In this document: positions 25,601 to 40,966 of the stretch, one piece after another
Position numbering within the stretch: position 1 is the first letter of the stretch
How the letters are laid out: every line of letters begins with the position of its first letter
Program-made: the position numbers and the translations under genes
Notes under the pieces: model-generated
Database searches by the model: none
Seen by the model: only the letters and a program-made list of their open reading frames with translations
Told to the model about the DNA's origin: nothing
Assembly (NCBI GenBank): GCA_051362555.1
Contig: CM120649.1
Location: 17,436,567 to 17,500,566 of the forward strand
Length of the DNA: 64,000 nt
Reading direction: 5' to 3'
Origin: Lingula anatina
Lineage: Eukaryota; Animalia; Brachiopoda

Positions 25601-27564
25601 AAACATCATTCCCCGTCAAAGACCATGTTTTTCTAGCACCACATATTGTACCTTCCATAGAAAACATATCATAACATCTCCCAACCGGATAAACAAACTT
25701 ATTGCCAGTGAAATCTATCTACTTGTATCCAATTAATTCCACGGTGTACAGTTACACATTTTACCATATATTTAAATTGTGTTACATGGCCGGAGCTTTT
25801 CAACAATACCAAGGGAGTATATGCCCTCAGGTCTAAAATGAATACCCTGGAAACTGATCCAGGCTATACCCCCAAGGTGACCACTGGACACCATTCAGGA
25901 TGTATTCAACATAATGTAAATGGACACTACTTGTATTTCATCTCCCTCAGGGTTTTAACAGTTGGCCACAGAGTAGACAGTGAGTCAGTGGACATGTTCA
26001 GAACACCGACCTGTGGACATCATCCTCAATTAGGAGTGGAAAACAGAAATCTCTGCCTCGAGGTGGTCAGGGTGATTTAAAGAACTGCCTTTATGTCTAT
26101 AAAATATAAAGACAAGGGAGGAGAGAGAGAGGAAGAAACACATTAATTCATATACATTCATGCAGGTTTTTCAAATAACAAGAATTGAAGCCTTACATGA
26201 CCAGATTGATAAACACTGTCTTCAGGACTACTGTACATGTATACATGTATGAAATGGAAGGAGGGAAAAATGGGGGGGGGGGGGGGTTGGCATGAAACTC
26301 CCATGTGTTCACGTACAAGTATTAGTAGTATGTCCAATCAAAGAACCTTGACAGATCTCCTTCAAGCCAATGCCAGGGTGGGTTTAGGGAGTTAGAAAGA
26401 ACCACTCTTTATGCTGTAAAAGGTCCCCTCTGGGTAAAATTTTATCTACGAACACATGGTAAAAGGTCCACTTTTTCGAAAATGAAACCTCTTTTTAAAA
26501 TAACTGGCTACGGTCCTGTCCTTTCTACCAGTGCTTACAAATGGCATATCATGTTCATACCCCCTCGGCTCAGAGCCTGGTCAATAATACATTATTATAG
26601 TTAAGGCCAGACAATGGACAATGGTCAATAGGCAATGGTCATTTCTGCCCCAAGGCCTTGTGCCCTCAGGTCATTCTCCTCGCCAAGCATGTTCACATAA
26701 AGAGAATAATCAATAGTAATCTAGGTTTGAGTAAAAATAGAAATCTGTCTCGGGTGTGATAATCAGATATGTAGGCAGGAGGGGGGTTGATGAGGAGGGG
26801 GAGGGAGGGGGGGGGGTTCACATGAACCACCCTTTTGGCCCAAAAATAAGTCGTTTTCTAAATCAAAATTTGAACTGGGTTCAATGCAAATCCACTTTTT
26901 CAGAAATGAAGATCCCCCCCCTTCAAAATAGCTGGCTGCAGTCCTAACATGTTCACTGTATGCCATAAAGCTATCAATGCACTAATGAGTCTAGAAGTGG
27001 TTGGATCATGTTATCTTCTGCTGTCTGAGCTTAAAATGGAGGGTACATGAAGCGAAAACCAGTTGGGCCTCTTGAGTTTGTATAAACAAAACTCTGATTT
27101 GGAAAAAAAATCAATCACTGATATCCATATGTTGATAGAACAATGTGAGGTATTTGCATGTATTTTTAAAGAGTGTGCACATTTTTTCACCAATACATGT
27201 CCCTTCCGTAACCCCATCCTAATTACCCCTTTTTCTGATTCTGGTTATTTTGGAGCTTCATCAGCCAGAAATCCACCCACTGCTGAGAAGATGTCAAGCA
27301 GTTATTACCTTAATGAAAATATGCCTACCACCTACACGGGAGATCTAATAATAAATAGAACCTGCTTCTGGTTAAACTTTTATTTATGGACTCCCACTAA
27401 AATTACCACTTCTTTTTCTGTGTTTGTTTGGACAGTAGAGTTGCAAGGAAATGTCAGATGTGCCATGTTTTTATTTCCATTTTCTACATATGTTGTACCT
27501 CATTCTTGAAATTCTTAATTATTGTTCTCTCTCTCTCAAAATCTTTTCTTTCAACCAATGTGTG

Positions 27565-27639
<75 letters not shown>

Positions 27640-29782
27640 CATTACGTATAAATTATTTAAGCAGAAAATAATTACAAATTATTTCCATAGAAAAACAGTT
27701 AATGCACTATGAAATGAAAATGCAACTACTAGGCTAGGTTGTTCATTACTCCCCCCCCCTTCCACCCTGTTCCTCATTTCAATTAGGCACTGGTTTCCAA
27801 CGGCATGCAATAAACAACCCATGTAAGTTACCAGCTGGTCATGTAAGTTCAAGACCAAACACATCTGGACAGTGGAGTTAAAGTTTCCTCTCACACATAA
27901 AAAAAAATCCCTCGCCACCACTTGCCATATTTACACTGGTCTAGCTAGCTATGGCAGTTAAAATGATCTAAATATTAGGCATGCCTTTAAATCACTGCAA
28001 ACTATTAGATTCCATAGATCCTGGCAATGAAGAGTTTGTTATAATGTGACATACTTAGAAGGCAAGGTCAGGTTGATTGTATTACCTCATACAAAATCGT
28101 TTAACCATAGGATCACACTTGTCCATTACTGTTCACAAGGCTGTTCTAAAATAATGGTACTTTTTCAGAAAATGTTGTCCAAAACTACAAGTGTAAACAG
28201 GCCTCTACAATCTTGGCATTTAGTTGTGAGTTACTCCTGCTGGCCGTCCATTTCACCCATAAAACCCCTCTTGACTTTTCAATTTCCTCCTTCGCCAGCT
28301 GTTAAGTCTTCCTTCTGTTAATTTCAGTTCAGACATAAGACTACACTGCTCACATTAAATAGGGGAGAAATGGACATTTTTGTTGATGTCTTCCTCTTTG
28401 TGGCATTTTATTTGATGAATTTTACATTCTACATCCGGTAGTTAAATAAATTAACTTTGCTTTTTTATTTGTTATTATTTAATTCAATATCACTTGTTCT
28501 CATCTTATTTTATTTCATTTGACTTATTTTCTTTTCAATCACTACATTTTCTGTCCTTTAATTTCATCTTATCTCATATCAGTATATTTCATCTAATACT
28601 TTTTCCATCCAAAAAAAAAATTCATTCTCCTCCTAATCAAAACATAAGGAGTACATGTATCAGTACGTTGTCCAGAAATTTTCATCTTTTTGTGTTGACT
28701 GACTTGGGAAATACTGAGACCAACACACAGCTAAAAATGGTCATTTCAGAATACCCAAGGTCATCTCAGGATATCTTGGTGAACTTATGACTTTTTATCT
28801 CTTTATCAAAATCTCCACTGATATATCATTTATATTCAATGGACAAATTCTGGTTCGTCACACATAGGGACAATCCACCTTGTGTAAACTTGCCAAGCGT
28901 CTTGATAACATTTTAACATAATACCTTAAAAACCTCCTTAGAAAGTCTGTGTCCACTGTCAGGACTGGCTGACTCCTAACAGACCATTTAACATGCTGCC
29001 AACATGTTTGTCCATCAAAACAACAGCTGGACATCACTCAAATGGTCACTCAAATTGTAGGGGGTAACAGAGTATGCTGCCTGCAGTACACATGCTTATA
29101 AATCACCAGGACTTCTTGATATCGTCGATGTCCAAAAAATATCTTGTACAGCAATCAACGTTAAAAATTTAAAAATACTTAACTTATAAAAGCTTATAAG
29201 ACTTCAAGAGGGACCTCCAGTTACATTCACATGACAGTTACTGTTAGTATATTATTTCTTGTTAAAATGATTTTAAAAAATGTGTGATGAATTTGACAAT
29301 GATTTGATATTTATCAGCCCTTTCTGTAAACCTCACTTTCTTTTTTCACTCCATTTATAATATCTATCTCCCTCCTTTTTTCCTTGCATTTTCTTTTTCT
29401 ATCTCTGTCTCCTTTCTTTTTTTTTCTTACTACTTGCTCCTTCCTGTTCTCTCTCTCTCATTCCTAACATTAAATACACTAAGAGGAGAACAGGAAGTAA
29501 AGCACACATAGAGAGCCATTTTCAGCAATTTGTGAAACTGGGGGAAACTCAGGGTGAGAGAGATATGCATATATACATGTGTATAGTCCATTTCGTAAAC
29601 ACCACTTCCCTATTACCAGTATATAAATATATCTCACATCACAGTTTTCACCTGCCCCTGCTGTGTGCTGCAGACACATGGTAATGGAATCACTGCTCAA
29701 TTAATGTCCTGTAATTAAACCCTATTACACCCTCAGTGCATCCATATAGGAATTAATTAAAACTTCCATGTATGAATTTACC

Positions 29783-29828
<46 letters not shown>

Positions 29829-30192
29829 TTATTCAGGATGACATTCAACACTACAGTAATCATTACAAAGCCATCAATACTCCCAAATAACACCACAATT
29901 AAAATGGGGTAACACAATCCACCTACAAGTTAAGGAAACATCAAGATTAATGGCTGTTACAATACATCGTCCAACAGATTTATAGCCACATACTTGACAG
30001 AAAATGACCAAGAGATACTCTAATTGACCAGGGATACTCATATGTCCATTAATTCCCCTAGCCTGGAGGAGATAATTGGCAGTCACATTGTAGTCTTACC
30101 TAAGCCAGATGACACATGATGATCAGCAATGTGTTTAAAGTTAGAAACTTAAGTATGTCGTTAAGTTGAGAGAGGTACAGGTGTAATACATA

Positions 30193-30239
<47 letters not shown>

Positions 30240-32066
30240 TCTGTTAAATGAGATGAGCACAATGGTATTATTTTATTCATCTATCTGTCCTTCTTTCCCT
30301 CTTTACTTTCTTTCCTTCTACAGGTAAATTACCTCATTGAAGTTTCTTTCTTTCCTTTACTCATCCAACGGTCTTTTCTCTAGATCTTTTAATTTCTTTC
30401 TTTCTTTCCCCCCTCCCTTCCCTTGCTTCTCAACTTCATTAATTCCTTTCTCACTTTCTCTCAATTTTAACCATTTTCAAACCCAGTCTAAAAGTCCTTT
30501 TCTTTAAAATGTTTGTGACAATTCTAGTGCACTTCAAATCCATCCCTTTTTATGATGGTAGCAACGTTTCCAGTGAAGTATTTGTGTACACAGTAAGTGA
30601 GGCAGTTAAAGGGAATAGATAAGGTATCAGGGGTTGAAAAAGCTGTCAGTAAAGCTCTTGAACTTACTTTGTGACTGCCTACTGTGCTAGAGTGCAAGCA
30701 AACTACATAACATGTACCAGTGGCATCCTCTGAGCAGAACTTAAAACAAGTGCTGGTGAAATTTCATAATTGAGATAAAATATTTATACATGTACATACT
30801 ATAATTATTACTATTACTACTTTAGTCATAATTTGATAAGTGCTGGTCAATCTTCACATTTGATTTCCAACAAAATTACCCGATCACTCTCAGGCCCAAA
30901 GCGAGGAGGGGGAGGTGGGAGGGGGGGGGGTTGGCGGGGGTCCAGGGGTTGAATATAAAAAAGGTACACTCTGGGTAAAATATGATCTAGGTACATGAAG
31001 GTTACATGGTAAAAAAGGTCCGCTTTTTCAGAATGCCCCCCTACCCTCCTTTGAAATTCCTGACTACAAGCCTGACTCTTGACAATTTAATTAGATATCA
31101 TACATCATAAACACCATAATATTATGACATATGTTATAAACAAATAAACTGTCAGATTCATCTACTGAACTGCGTTGCATACATGTAGCAGCTAGTTTTA
31201 CATTCAATACATATTCAATGGTTTTTCTACGATGTCATTCTTTTGAGGCAGCATTTAACCCAACATTCGCTCCCTCGTTCCCTGTAAAAAGGAGAAAAAA
31301 AAGAAATCACACATCAGTTCACTGTACAGTGTATGTGTTCTATGTATCTCTCAACTCCACAAACATGATAAAAGGCACAGTATTGCCTAACCTAATCACT
31401 ACTACAAAGTACCAGACAAAGAGCCAGACAAAGAGATCAATAATTCCTCTCCATTATTGATCTGACTTTCTTGATCAAATTACCACCCTTAATTATGCCT
31501 GTAGTGGGGCCCCACCTCCATAAACACAAAGTCCTGTGATTAGTATAATCATTAACATTCATTTGGTGATTTTTTAGCCATACAGAAACAGATGGTGATA
31601 TCATTAAGTGCATGTATGAGTTACACTGATCAAACATGCTGTTAATTTCAGGACCCCTCTGACTGTTACATGTATAATGTCATACACATGAAATAATATG
31701 AGAAATATATGCTCTTAAAATCTTGTGTAAATTAAATACCCCAGTATTCCACAGAAATTAATTCATATATCTATGTGAAAATGTTTGACCATAGGCATTA
31801 CACAGTGCACTATTTCCCTAATAGATGATTATTAATACTAAGTTTTAACACAGTGTGTCTGTATACTGCATGTAGCTGCATCAACTGTCATCCTCACTTA
31901 GTACTGGATGTTTATCATTTTTCTCTCTATTGCTGTACATATGTAAGCACAACTGAAGTGGTGTAGTGGCATACAGTCACACTAAAGTATTATAGAAATC
32001 TGCAGTTGAATTTGTCTGCATTGAAGTATATTAAATATTCAATACTTGAACTACACTTTAGACTGA

Positions 32067-32100
<34 letters not shown>

Positions 32101-35100
32101 TGAAACTGGGACCGGCTAAGTCTGCAGCTGATTAGGGCCCTGGTATCTGGATAATCTGAAGGATCCACATTGATGATTAAATCCATACCCTCCATAACAT
32201 AATCATAGGACTCCATGCATTAGTCATTATTTCATTACTTCATGCCTTTATACCAAGATCTATTTCTTTTAATGGGACCATGCCCGAGCATTGTAATTGG
32301 ACCTAGAGACATAAAGTAGTTGAAGATGGAAATTCTTGGAGGAGAACCCTGGGGAAATCAAAGCATGACCAGCTGATGTAAAATGTATGCTCATACACAC
32401 AAATCCATGTATCGTTAAAAACATAAAATGTCTTGGAAGTGTAAGCTATTGCGGAACATGTGCATCTTTTAGTTTTTGTGTGAGGATATCCAGTTAGACA
32501 GATGTTTCTAGCAGGTCTGCCAGGTTAAACACTTGTTATTATATGTGAAATGAAACATATTCCAGAAAGCTTAGTTTGAACATTGTGCTCTACATGTATA
32601 TTATGCATCTTTAAAAAAAAAAAGAAGACCAAATGGATCAAGAAATAATAGTGCTGACTTCCACAGAAATATAGGCCTTGACCATTCACAAATATTAATT
32701 TCCTTTCTCTGCTGTAACATGGTTCTAAATTCTAAATTTGCAATGTCAGAACTCCGCTGTTTTACATGTAGTATATGGTGGTGGTGGTGGGGGGCATATC
32801 TAAAAGAAATGCTCTTTGTAACCACAAATGTGCCAAATGACTCCTGTTAAACTCTACATTACATCACATATTATATATACAAGATGTATTCAAGCATTCA
32901 CTACAAGCACTCCATTTAAAAAGGTAAAAGCAATCATTAGTCGTGCCACATAAATAACACTCACTGAAAATAATTGGCTTTAAAATAACAAAAGTACAGT
33001 GAACAGGGGCAGTACAACAAATAACCAGTTTGTATAACATGGGAGACTGGTCAGCAAGATAGAGGAGAGACAAGTGAAGCTACTGTGCACATTCCTTCAG
33101 GACCTTTTTCATCTGACAGTGTCATCCATTATCTTTATAAATGACTGGCTACTGCACTGTAAAGGACAATGGCCTGTCCCTACTGGTCATGCATCTACTG
33201 CATACAGAAGTCAATCTAATATCAGACATTTTACATCCCAATTTTCTGAGATAACTTGTTCTTGAAACGAATTCAAGAACTAAAAATATACAAGTTTTTA
33301 AAAGTTAAACAGTCAGCTTTGAAACTTGTATGTCACACTTAAAAATATCTGGTTTTCTCATAGAGTCATCCTTTATCACATGCATTGATTACCGTGGGCT
33401 GTGGGAATCTTGTACACGCTCTGCCATATGATTATTTTGTAAAACTTATTTCCCTATTGTGTATGATCAACATTTCTGCCATGCAATAACCTACAATATT
33501 TTTCTATTTTTTTTTTACATATTTCACATTGTACTGTTTTTATATATCATTACTTCCTTATTGCATTATATTTGTTTATTGTATTCTGTTTTTATGGCAC
33601 CATATTTTATATCTGAAAGTGTATAAACATTCCACTGCTCCTTTTTCTGGTATTTTGCTGTGCTTCAGTGGTTGGTACTTTGTACTGCACTGCAAGATTA
33701 CCCCCTCTTAATGCAAAAAAATAAATAATAGGAAAACCTGATGCAAAATATGTCCTTTAGATTAACAACCTACGTTATACTAGGCAAGACTTAAATGGTG
33801 GTGGATAAAAAAACAGGTTGAAAGCTAGAAAAATAATTCATAAAAAAACTGAACATGTATTTGCATTTTTTCCTTGTAAATTGCCTCCTTTAAATAGTCT
33901 CCAAATGTTGCAGAAACACATGGACTTGTTAACAGTGCCAGTTTCTGAGGGAGTAAACGTTGTTATGGCTTATGCACATTGCATTTAACACTAGGCATGG
34001 AAAACGGCTTGCATTTACAATGCCTTTATAGCTAGAATACTAGTCCCAATGGAGAAAGATACATGTATTCATGCAAGTGAAAATTATGGTTGTATGCAGA
34101 ACTTGCAATGGTAGCATCTTTTCAATTAGAGCTAAGTGGATCAGGTAGAGTAATTCATCTTTATCAATAAAGGTGCTGGAAACACTGTAATGGTCTTCTC
34201 TCTCCAGGGACAAAGTGTATTCTGAATGTTAGCCAATAGGGAAAACTGTTGTACAGAATGTGCAGCATAAAGTGTTGTACAGACAGACACTATATATATG
34301 CAACACAGAACTGTAGCTAGAAACTTCAAACCTATCACATGTGTGTTCAAAGAACTTTAAAGACTTGGACTCAGAGTGGGTCTTTTCTCTGCCAAAAGGA
34401 CAGTCCTTTCAAACTCCCACAATCCCCTACTGAACAATGACAGTAACATATTTCTACCTCTCTGCTGCCTATAATCTCGATCTGCTACTGCTGACTGGAA
34501 ACAGCACAATATATATTAGCTATCCTGATGGGGCCGCAGAAATAGTCTGAAGGTTCTACAGTCCGAATGTTCACTATAGAACCTTCGTACCAAAAACCCT
34601 TGATTAAAAAACTAATGAAAATGCTACGATTTTTCGGACCAATGAATCTTCGGACTATTGAGCCGCCCCCAATGCTGATAACTGTAGTGAGTTTGCATTA
34701 AACTCTGAAACCCAGGGTACATCACACCTGAATTAACTCACCTGCTATTAACTGGAGGCCTCCTCCAACTCGAGCTAAAGTTTGTGATATTACATCCCGT
34801 ACACAACAGGAAAACATGGCAGTAAATGCAACAAGCATTGACAGAGCACATCCAGTTCCTACGAGTATGGTCACAAGTTGCCACGAAAAACTGGGAATAT
34901 CTGTGAAAGTCGTGTATCGTCCACACTCCTCTATAATCTGCAAAGCTTGCGTGTCAGGGTCTATCCTGGGATATGTACACCTCCGAAATGGTCCGAACGT
35001 TACCAGAATTGAAGTTCTGTTATTCTCTACTCCAGGCATTGTTCCTTGTAGCCAAAATGGCAAGTAGAATCCTGTGGCGGATAACCCCATGGATATCATG

Positions 35101-35216
35101 GATAAAAAGGCCCAGAGATATCCGACTCCAGTAAGGCTGGTCCCCATGCTCTGTCTGCCAGCCCTATACTTCATAGGGTCCAGCTTGTTCTTGTAGTAGT
35201 TATATTTATCCACCAT
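20732..35216 (-). CDS. LHFPL6: LHFPL tetraspan family protein (LHFPL6/LHFP-like), 3 coding exons, 231 aa
   Basis: Exons 35216-34742, 21245-21147 and 20853-20732, all GT-AG with phases 1/1, total 696 nt. Protein has [50 protein letters not shown]....V..AC and CSFSWAYY, the LHFP signature. The start could also be a downstream Met (MGTSLT). Confidence 0.88.
30891..31074. mobile_element. Short non-autonomous DNA element, CAGG...CCTG ends (family also at ~26375-26518, ~26775-26945, ~57388-57560)
   Basis: 5-bp direct repeat ACTCT on both sides. Internal ctctgggtaaaa...aaaaggtcc(a/g)cttttt is shared with the other copies. Confidence 0.55.
34529..34670. mobile_element. Small inverted-repeat element with 15-bp subunits (related fragment ~20118-20172)
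   Basis: ggggccgc..aatagtctgaaggttc pairs with gaatcttcggactattgagccgcccc; the same ttcggactattgaacc unit occurs at ~20140. Confidence 0.5.
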
Positions 35217-36920
35217 TTCGAGGCTTTAAGCTGATGATGGGGTGCGCGGAGACTATATTTCTTCAGATAAAGTCTGGAAATATGAAGAAAATAGACATTA
35301 GTCATTCTCACATCTACGCTTATTGCCATTCCCCTGTGAGTTAGCCTATATGCCTCTCTCATGTATAACCCATCAACGAACTCACTATACATATGTCTGA
35401 TAGAACTGTTTGATCATGGGGCCTCTGAGATGTATAATGAATGTGCACACCTTGGGGTTTTTTGTTGAAGATAAAGCTTGGGATATAGACATTAGTCTAG
35501 GATATGTGCCAAAGCCGCACAGAGAACATAAAATTAACACTTTGATCTGAAGTGATTAATTTGCTAATTCATCAAGCCAGGATCAACTGTTGAGAACGAT
35601 GTGTGTATTTTTTTCCAAGGTAAATGCTGACAGAAATGACCATGTGTATTTGCATGCATGTATGCACATGCATGCTAAGAGGAAATGTTTATCATGTTTC
35701 ATGTTGTAGATAATCGCTTATATTTGCATTTCCAACATATACAAATACAATTTTGAATCTATTTCTCAGCAGTCAGTCAGTATATCACTACTTAATGTTT
35801 GACCATTGACAACATTGCATTCTTCACAAGGAAACTTTGTCTGGTCATGTTTTGAAAAACTGTCCAGGTTTTGGACAACATGTTACCTACAAGTCTACTA
35901 CTAGTGCTTAAATACTGTTATAGTTTTACAAAAACCTCCTCAACTTGTGCAAAATGATTAATGAAATGTATCAAAATAATGACTATAAGTATAATTCAGC
36001 ATTACAATCTATTTCAATGTATCTAACTATGTGCACACATTTGCACAGCGCTTTACTGATGTGGAACACACGCTGTAGTTCAATCAGTCTATAACTGTTC
36101 AAAATTACCCTTTAACTGAAAAAGTGCAGTTTCCACCTGAACGACTTTCTACTTAATTTCCACACAGTAAATTACACAGTTACTTAACCTTAACTCCCTG
36201 CACTTACTTAAAACCCTCTGCTTCTTAAAACACTGGTTTAGTAAGTCAATAGCTTGTTAAAACATGGCTCAGTTTAGAAAATAAACACAAGGATTAGGAG
36301 CCTCGACCAGCAAATAAAAGTAGCTATTGAATGTGAACAAAGTAATACATTTGTAGACATTGTTGCCTAATTCAAACTCAGGAGGTGACAGCCTCGTAAA
36401 ATTCACTGAAGTGCAGTAAACTACAGAATTCTGGGGATCAACCTGTAAGCCAATACTAACATTAAATTAAGCTGCTTGTTATTTTACAATTTTACTTAAA
36501 TGGTATTACAGTATATGGTATTACACTGACTGTGCCTATGCAGACTTTTTCACCAGCCCTACTAGGATTTCTCATTTTAGACCACTTGGCTTTAAACATT
36601 AATAAATTTCACAACTTAAAACACTTGACTGGCTTTTTAATTTAATGAAAGAAAAAAAATTGAAAAAAATTATTAACAATAATCAAGTTTGTTAAAGTAG
36701 GCCTATGTATGTGCATGCGAGTATGGGTGCATGTATACGCAAGCACATATGCACTGAGGTACTGATCATCGAAATACCTCTAAATTAATACTACCACCAA
36801 GTCATAGTACAAACTCTACTGCAGCTGCGGTAAAGACCTTATAAAGCTTTAAAAATTCATCCAGAGTTTTACAAAGTTTAACATTGTTACACATAAGACT
36901 AGAAATACTACAAGGACTAT

Positions 36921-37146
36921 CACCCCGTTTCCATAGATTTTTAGATCGATCTATCCCTGTGGGGAGTCTCACTAGATTACTGTCAGCTTGGCCGGCTTAA
37001 GCGTCTGTCCTGCCTACTAAAAGCTGTAAGGGGGTAATTAACTATGGTGTCCGCTCGGCTGACTGCAATTTAGCCTGAACCCCCAGGGAGTTAGGTCACT
37101 CTAAAACTTAATCTTTAGATCGATCTAAATCTCTGGGAAAGCACCC
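36921..37146. mobile_element. Tourist/Harbinger-like MITE, copy A
   Basis: Imperfect TIRs containing tagatcgatcta; the interior is homologous to 38110-38323. Confidence 0.65.
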
Positions 37147-37303
37147 TTAGTCTATATTAAGTAAGTACATATTTCAGTGGGACTCCTGTGGTAGGTTGTT
37201 TACTGGTGTGTAACTCCCTTTAATCCCTCTTCCATTGATGATACGGCTAATCTTCTCAGCATTCCGCACTTCATCTCCACTGATGCACTCTCTTACACAG
37301 GTC

Positions 37304-37627
37304 CAGGCCTACCCAACTACCAGACTCAGCACCGAATGATGCCGAATTTACCGGTAGATCGGACCACACTACCCGTTTTCAAGGTGTATGTCAGTACGCA
37401 TTTCACAGCATCATACCCCGGAACAAATTTTGAGATGAGATGCACTACTTTCAACCCCGCTGAGAATCATCACTATCACATTGCATACTAGGCAAGAGCG
37501 GTGTTGCGATTGATACATTGAAGCGTGTACTGACGCACACCTTGAAAAAGGGTAGTGTGGTCCGATCTACCAGTGAATTCGGGATCAGTTGGTGCCTAGT
37601 CTGGTACTCAGTAGTTGGGTAGGCCTG
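37304..37627. mobile_element. Foldback (long inverted repeat) MITE-like element
   Basis: caggcctacccaactac..ggtagatcggaccacactaccc..tcaaggtgt is mirrored by acaccttga..gggtagtgtggtccgatctacc..gtagttgggtaggcctg. Confidence 0.7.
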
Positions 37628-37641
37628 AGGTTGGGGGCAGT

Positions 37642-37689
<48 letters not shown>

Positions 37690-38109
37690 ATGCATCAACA
37701 GAACCAACTCATACCAGAAATATGGCTTAAATATCAGACACTCCTTTGAGTGAGCATTGGGATAAAAATTAACAGCAACAGTCGGACTGATCAGTGTACA
37801 GTACTCTAGTGAAGAGAGTACTACACCGAGATCCTTAGCAATTCTGTAATGCCACAAACATCTCCATGTCATTGTCAAGGAATGTAAGCCACATTTGCAG
37901 GAAGTGTAAACTACTTAGCATGGCCATGTTGCTGTCAGTCAATGTCCTGAGAGATTTTTTATATATGTGATACACAAGATTAAATAGCCTGAACTTTAGT
38001 TAAAGCTAAATCCATAGTGGAAGACTTTAATAAAGTGCATACTCGTCTGAAACATTTGCCATTTCTTTCTTGTTATAAAACAGGTGTAACAGTTCTTTCA
38101 AGTGGATTA

Positions 38110-38323
38110 GGGCGTATTCCCAGAGCTTTTAGATAGATCTATCCCTGCGGGAAGTCTCACTAGATTACTGTCAGATAATCCGGCTTTAATGTCTGTCCCG
38201 CCTACTACAAACTGTAAGAGAAAGTAAACTTTCATGCCCGCTCGGCTGACAGCTATTTAGCGTGAACCCCCAGGGAGTTAGGTCGATCTATAGTAGATAG
38301 ATCTAATCTCTGGAAATGGGGTC
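38110..38323. mobile_element. Tourist/Harbinger-like MITE, copy B
   Basis: Flanked by TTA on both sides, imperfect TIRs, homologous to copy A. Confidence 0.7.
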
Positions 38324-38701
38324 TTAGTCTTTTAATTGATCCAATGAAATGAAATCTGAATTTATCTTTAATCAAGCAGACTACAAATTTACTCTAAAAC
38401 ATTGTATAAATCTCTGGTGGAAAGAATTTTTTCTTATGCAGTAGAAGATAAATTGCATGAATCATCATAATCTTGCTCATCCAGAGATTTTTTCCCCGTA
38501 AAAATCAATATCTGGTCATCAGGCAGTCTTTGTCTGTTCTTGACAGTCAAACGAGAGGAAGGGGATAAGAATAAAATATCTAAGCCTTGTTTCATCATGA
38601 TCAGGTCAATTGTTCGGCAAGCGATTTGTAATGTCTATTCTCCCATTATTGCATACACTATTACATACTGTATATGGCATTAATACAAATCACAGCAATA
38701 T

Positions 38702-38857
38702 CAGGGGCAGACTGAGGCCACCTTCTGGGTCTTCCGGAAGATGGTCAGATTTTCAAGTTGACACTGATTTTTCTGTCGGAAGATGGTCAGAAATGGAGGC
38801 TGAATCAACAAAAGTAATGTGGAAGACTGTCAGAGAATATCTCTTGACCTGCTCCTG
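38702..38857. mobile_element. Short dispersed DNA element (second copy at 62710-62879)
   Basis: CAGG...CCTG ends with an internal repeated gaagatggtca; clearly homologous to 62710-62879. Confidence 0.65.
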
Positions 38858-40909
38858 AAAATAGCAAGCCTGCAAATGTGATGGATATACGCATTTCATG
38901 CCGCATAAACTATCACTATCAACATTTTTACAAAATGACAGGTCTTTTCACTTTTCTCCAGCCCCCCCTCAAGGTGCGACTCTTGATATTGGAGGCACTT
39001 TTTGCGATGTCCCTTATGGCATTTTGCAAAAAAAACATGCGTCTCACATTACAACGAACAAAGCGGGAGAAAAAAATCAACCACATCCATTTTCACATCA
39101 ATAATAGTAGAATAATTTCTCAAGTGTCATATTTAACAAAGGAAGAGGGGAAAGAAGTTTATGGCTTAAGCTCGATTCTTCCTTGTCGTGCCACTTTAGG
39201 CTGTCAACCAGGTACTTCAAGGACTTAAGCGAAATTGCCTCTGTTGGTGATAAAAAACTTCAAACCTGCCACTTATCAAAGGTAGCAGCCTGCCAAATTA
39301 TGGGGCTGTTATATGTGCCTGACTGGTTGTTGAATGGACCCAACTTTACACTGTCAATGGAAATGGATGTAACTTGAGGTTGTGGTCACATAATTTAAAA
39401 TTAACCAATTATGTTTTTTTTTTGTTTAAAAAGACCAACTACTTTGTGTTTAACACTGGATCCAGTCAACCTGACTCCGAAGGATTACTGAAAACAAGAT
39501 AGGCACGCAGATAGTAGAAAGTTGAACTTCCACTAACCTTGGAAACTCAGGGTTGTGCTACTCAGTGTGGGATACTTAAGATTGCTTATCAACAGTAATT
39601 AATACTTCTTCTCAGACTTTTTAAGGAATTGTTTATCAGCAGTAATTAATCTGTCTCCTTCCACTTATAAGGAAATCATTTGTTGGTTCAACCCTGTCCA
39701 TGTTCCATGTGGTAAAATGATTCATCTTTCTATTGCTGTTACTAGACATACCTGTATACAAGTAGTTCTAGTTATTTTCACTTGATTGTCATTGTATTTC
39801 AGTTGTTAATTTTCCTATACTGATTTATTACTTATTATATGACATAAATACTTTTCAGATCGGTAACATCTTATTGGATTAACTTTGTGCAAATATTATG
39901 AAATAAATGCATTCCTGAATTGCATTTTTTTTTTGGGGGGGGGGGGGAGCGGGGGGCACAGTTCCCATAGGAAAAGCCACTTATTACAAAGATGCAGTGA
40001 AATTTACTCAACATTAAATATTTTACTGCACAGTTCTCTTAACGAGGTGTAATATGTCTTGAACCAAGGCCATCATAAACATTCTGCTCTAACAATTGTA
40101 TTGTAAACACCAATTAAGATGTTGACATTGTGTACAATTCTATTTAATGTGCTGCTGAATAAACATATCATACATTAAGTAAGCAGCACTTCATTTAGTA
40201 TTATGATGTGACAGAAGCTTTATTGTGGACAAATACTGAGGTGGTGATTAAGTGCAATCAAAGTGCAGTTCAATCCAAAAGTGGCCAAAATGTTTCTGAT
40301 TTCAGACTTCAGCGTGTTTGTGAGTCCGTGTATGTTAATTGTAATTAAAACATCTATAGAATAATCATACTTTTGCATATAAGTATGCAATGTCAAAGAC
40401 AGGTCCAAGTTAAAATTTAGTTTAATATCTACAGAATTTATATTTTTATTCTATAATGGTTAACATCTGAAAGGCCACTGGCAGAGATAAACAGTTACGG
40501 CAGCCGATAAGTCTTTTGTTATCTACAAATGTATGGCATCAGTATTCATAAACAGGTCAAAAGGTATTGTTTGCCATTGTAATAACAAGCCAGAATTGAT
40601 TCAGATGCCCTTAAAGCTTTGTTCAGTATATAACCAAACTAACCAAAATCTCTGACAGGTGCTTTAAATAAGAGAAACTGGACCTACAGCAGTTAGCATA
40701 TGACTGGCATTTAGCAGCCAAATACTGCTATTAAGAAACACATGTACCATGTTCTGTTAATACTAAAGTTCTGTAAGTATTAGCAGGTCTATCAGCTCTC
40801 TAATCTAATACAATAGTATCTTCCATATGATACTAAGACACCAGGTGCATGTAAGAAGAAAATGTGTCTGTGTTTGCTTGTGTGCATGTATTCTTATGCT
40901 CGAATGTGA

Positions 40910-40966
<57 letters not shown>

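Noticed and set aside
25838-26140. Minus-strand polypyrimidine tract and AG near 26097 suggesting an extra LHFPL exon
   Set aside because: The phase-compatible frame stops within 7 codons, and the 3-exon model already gives a complete four-TM protein.
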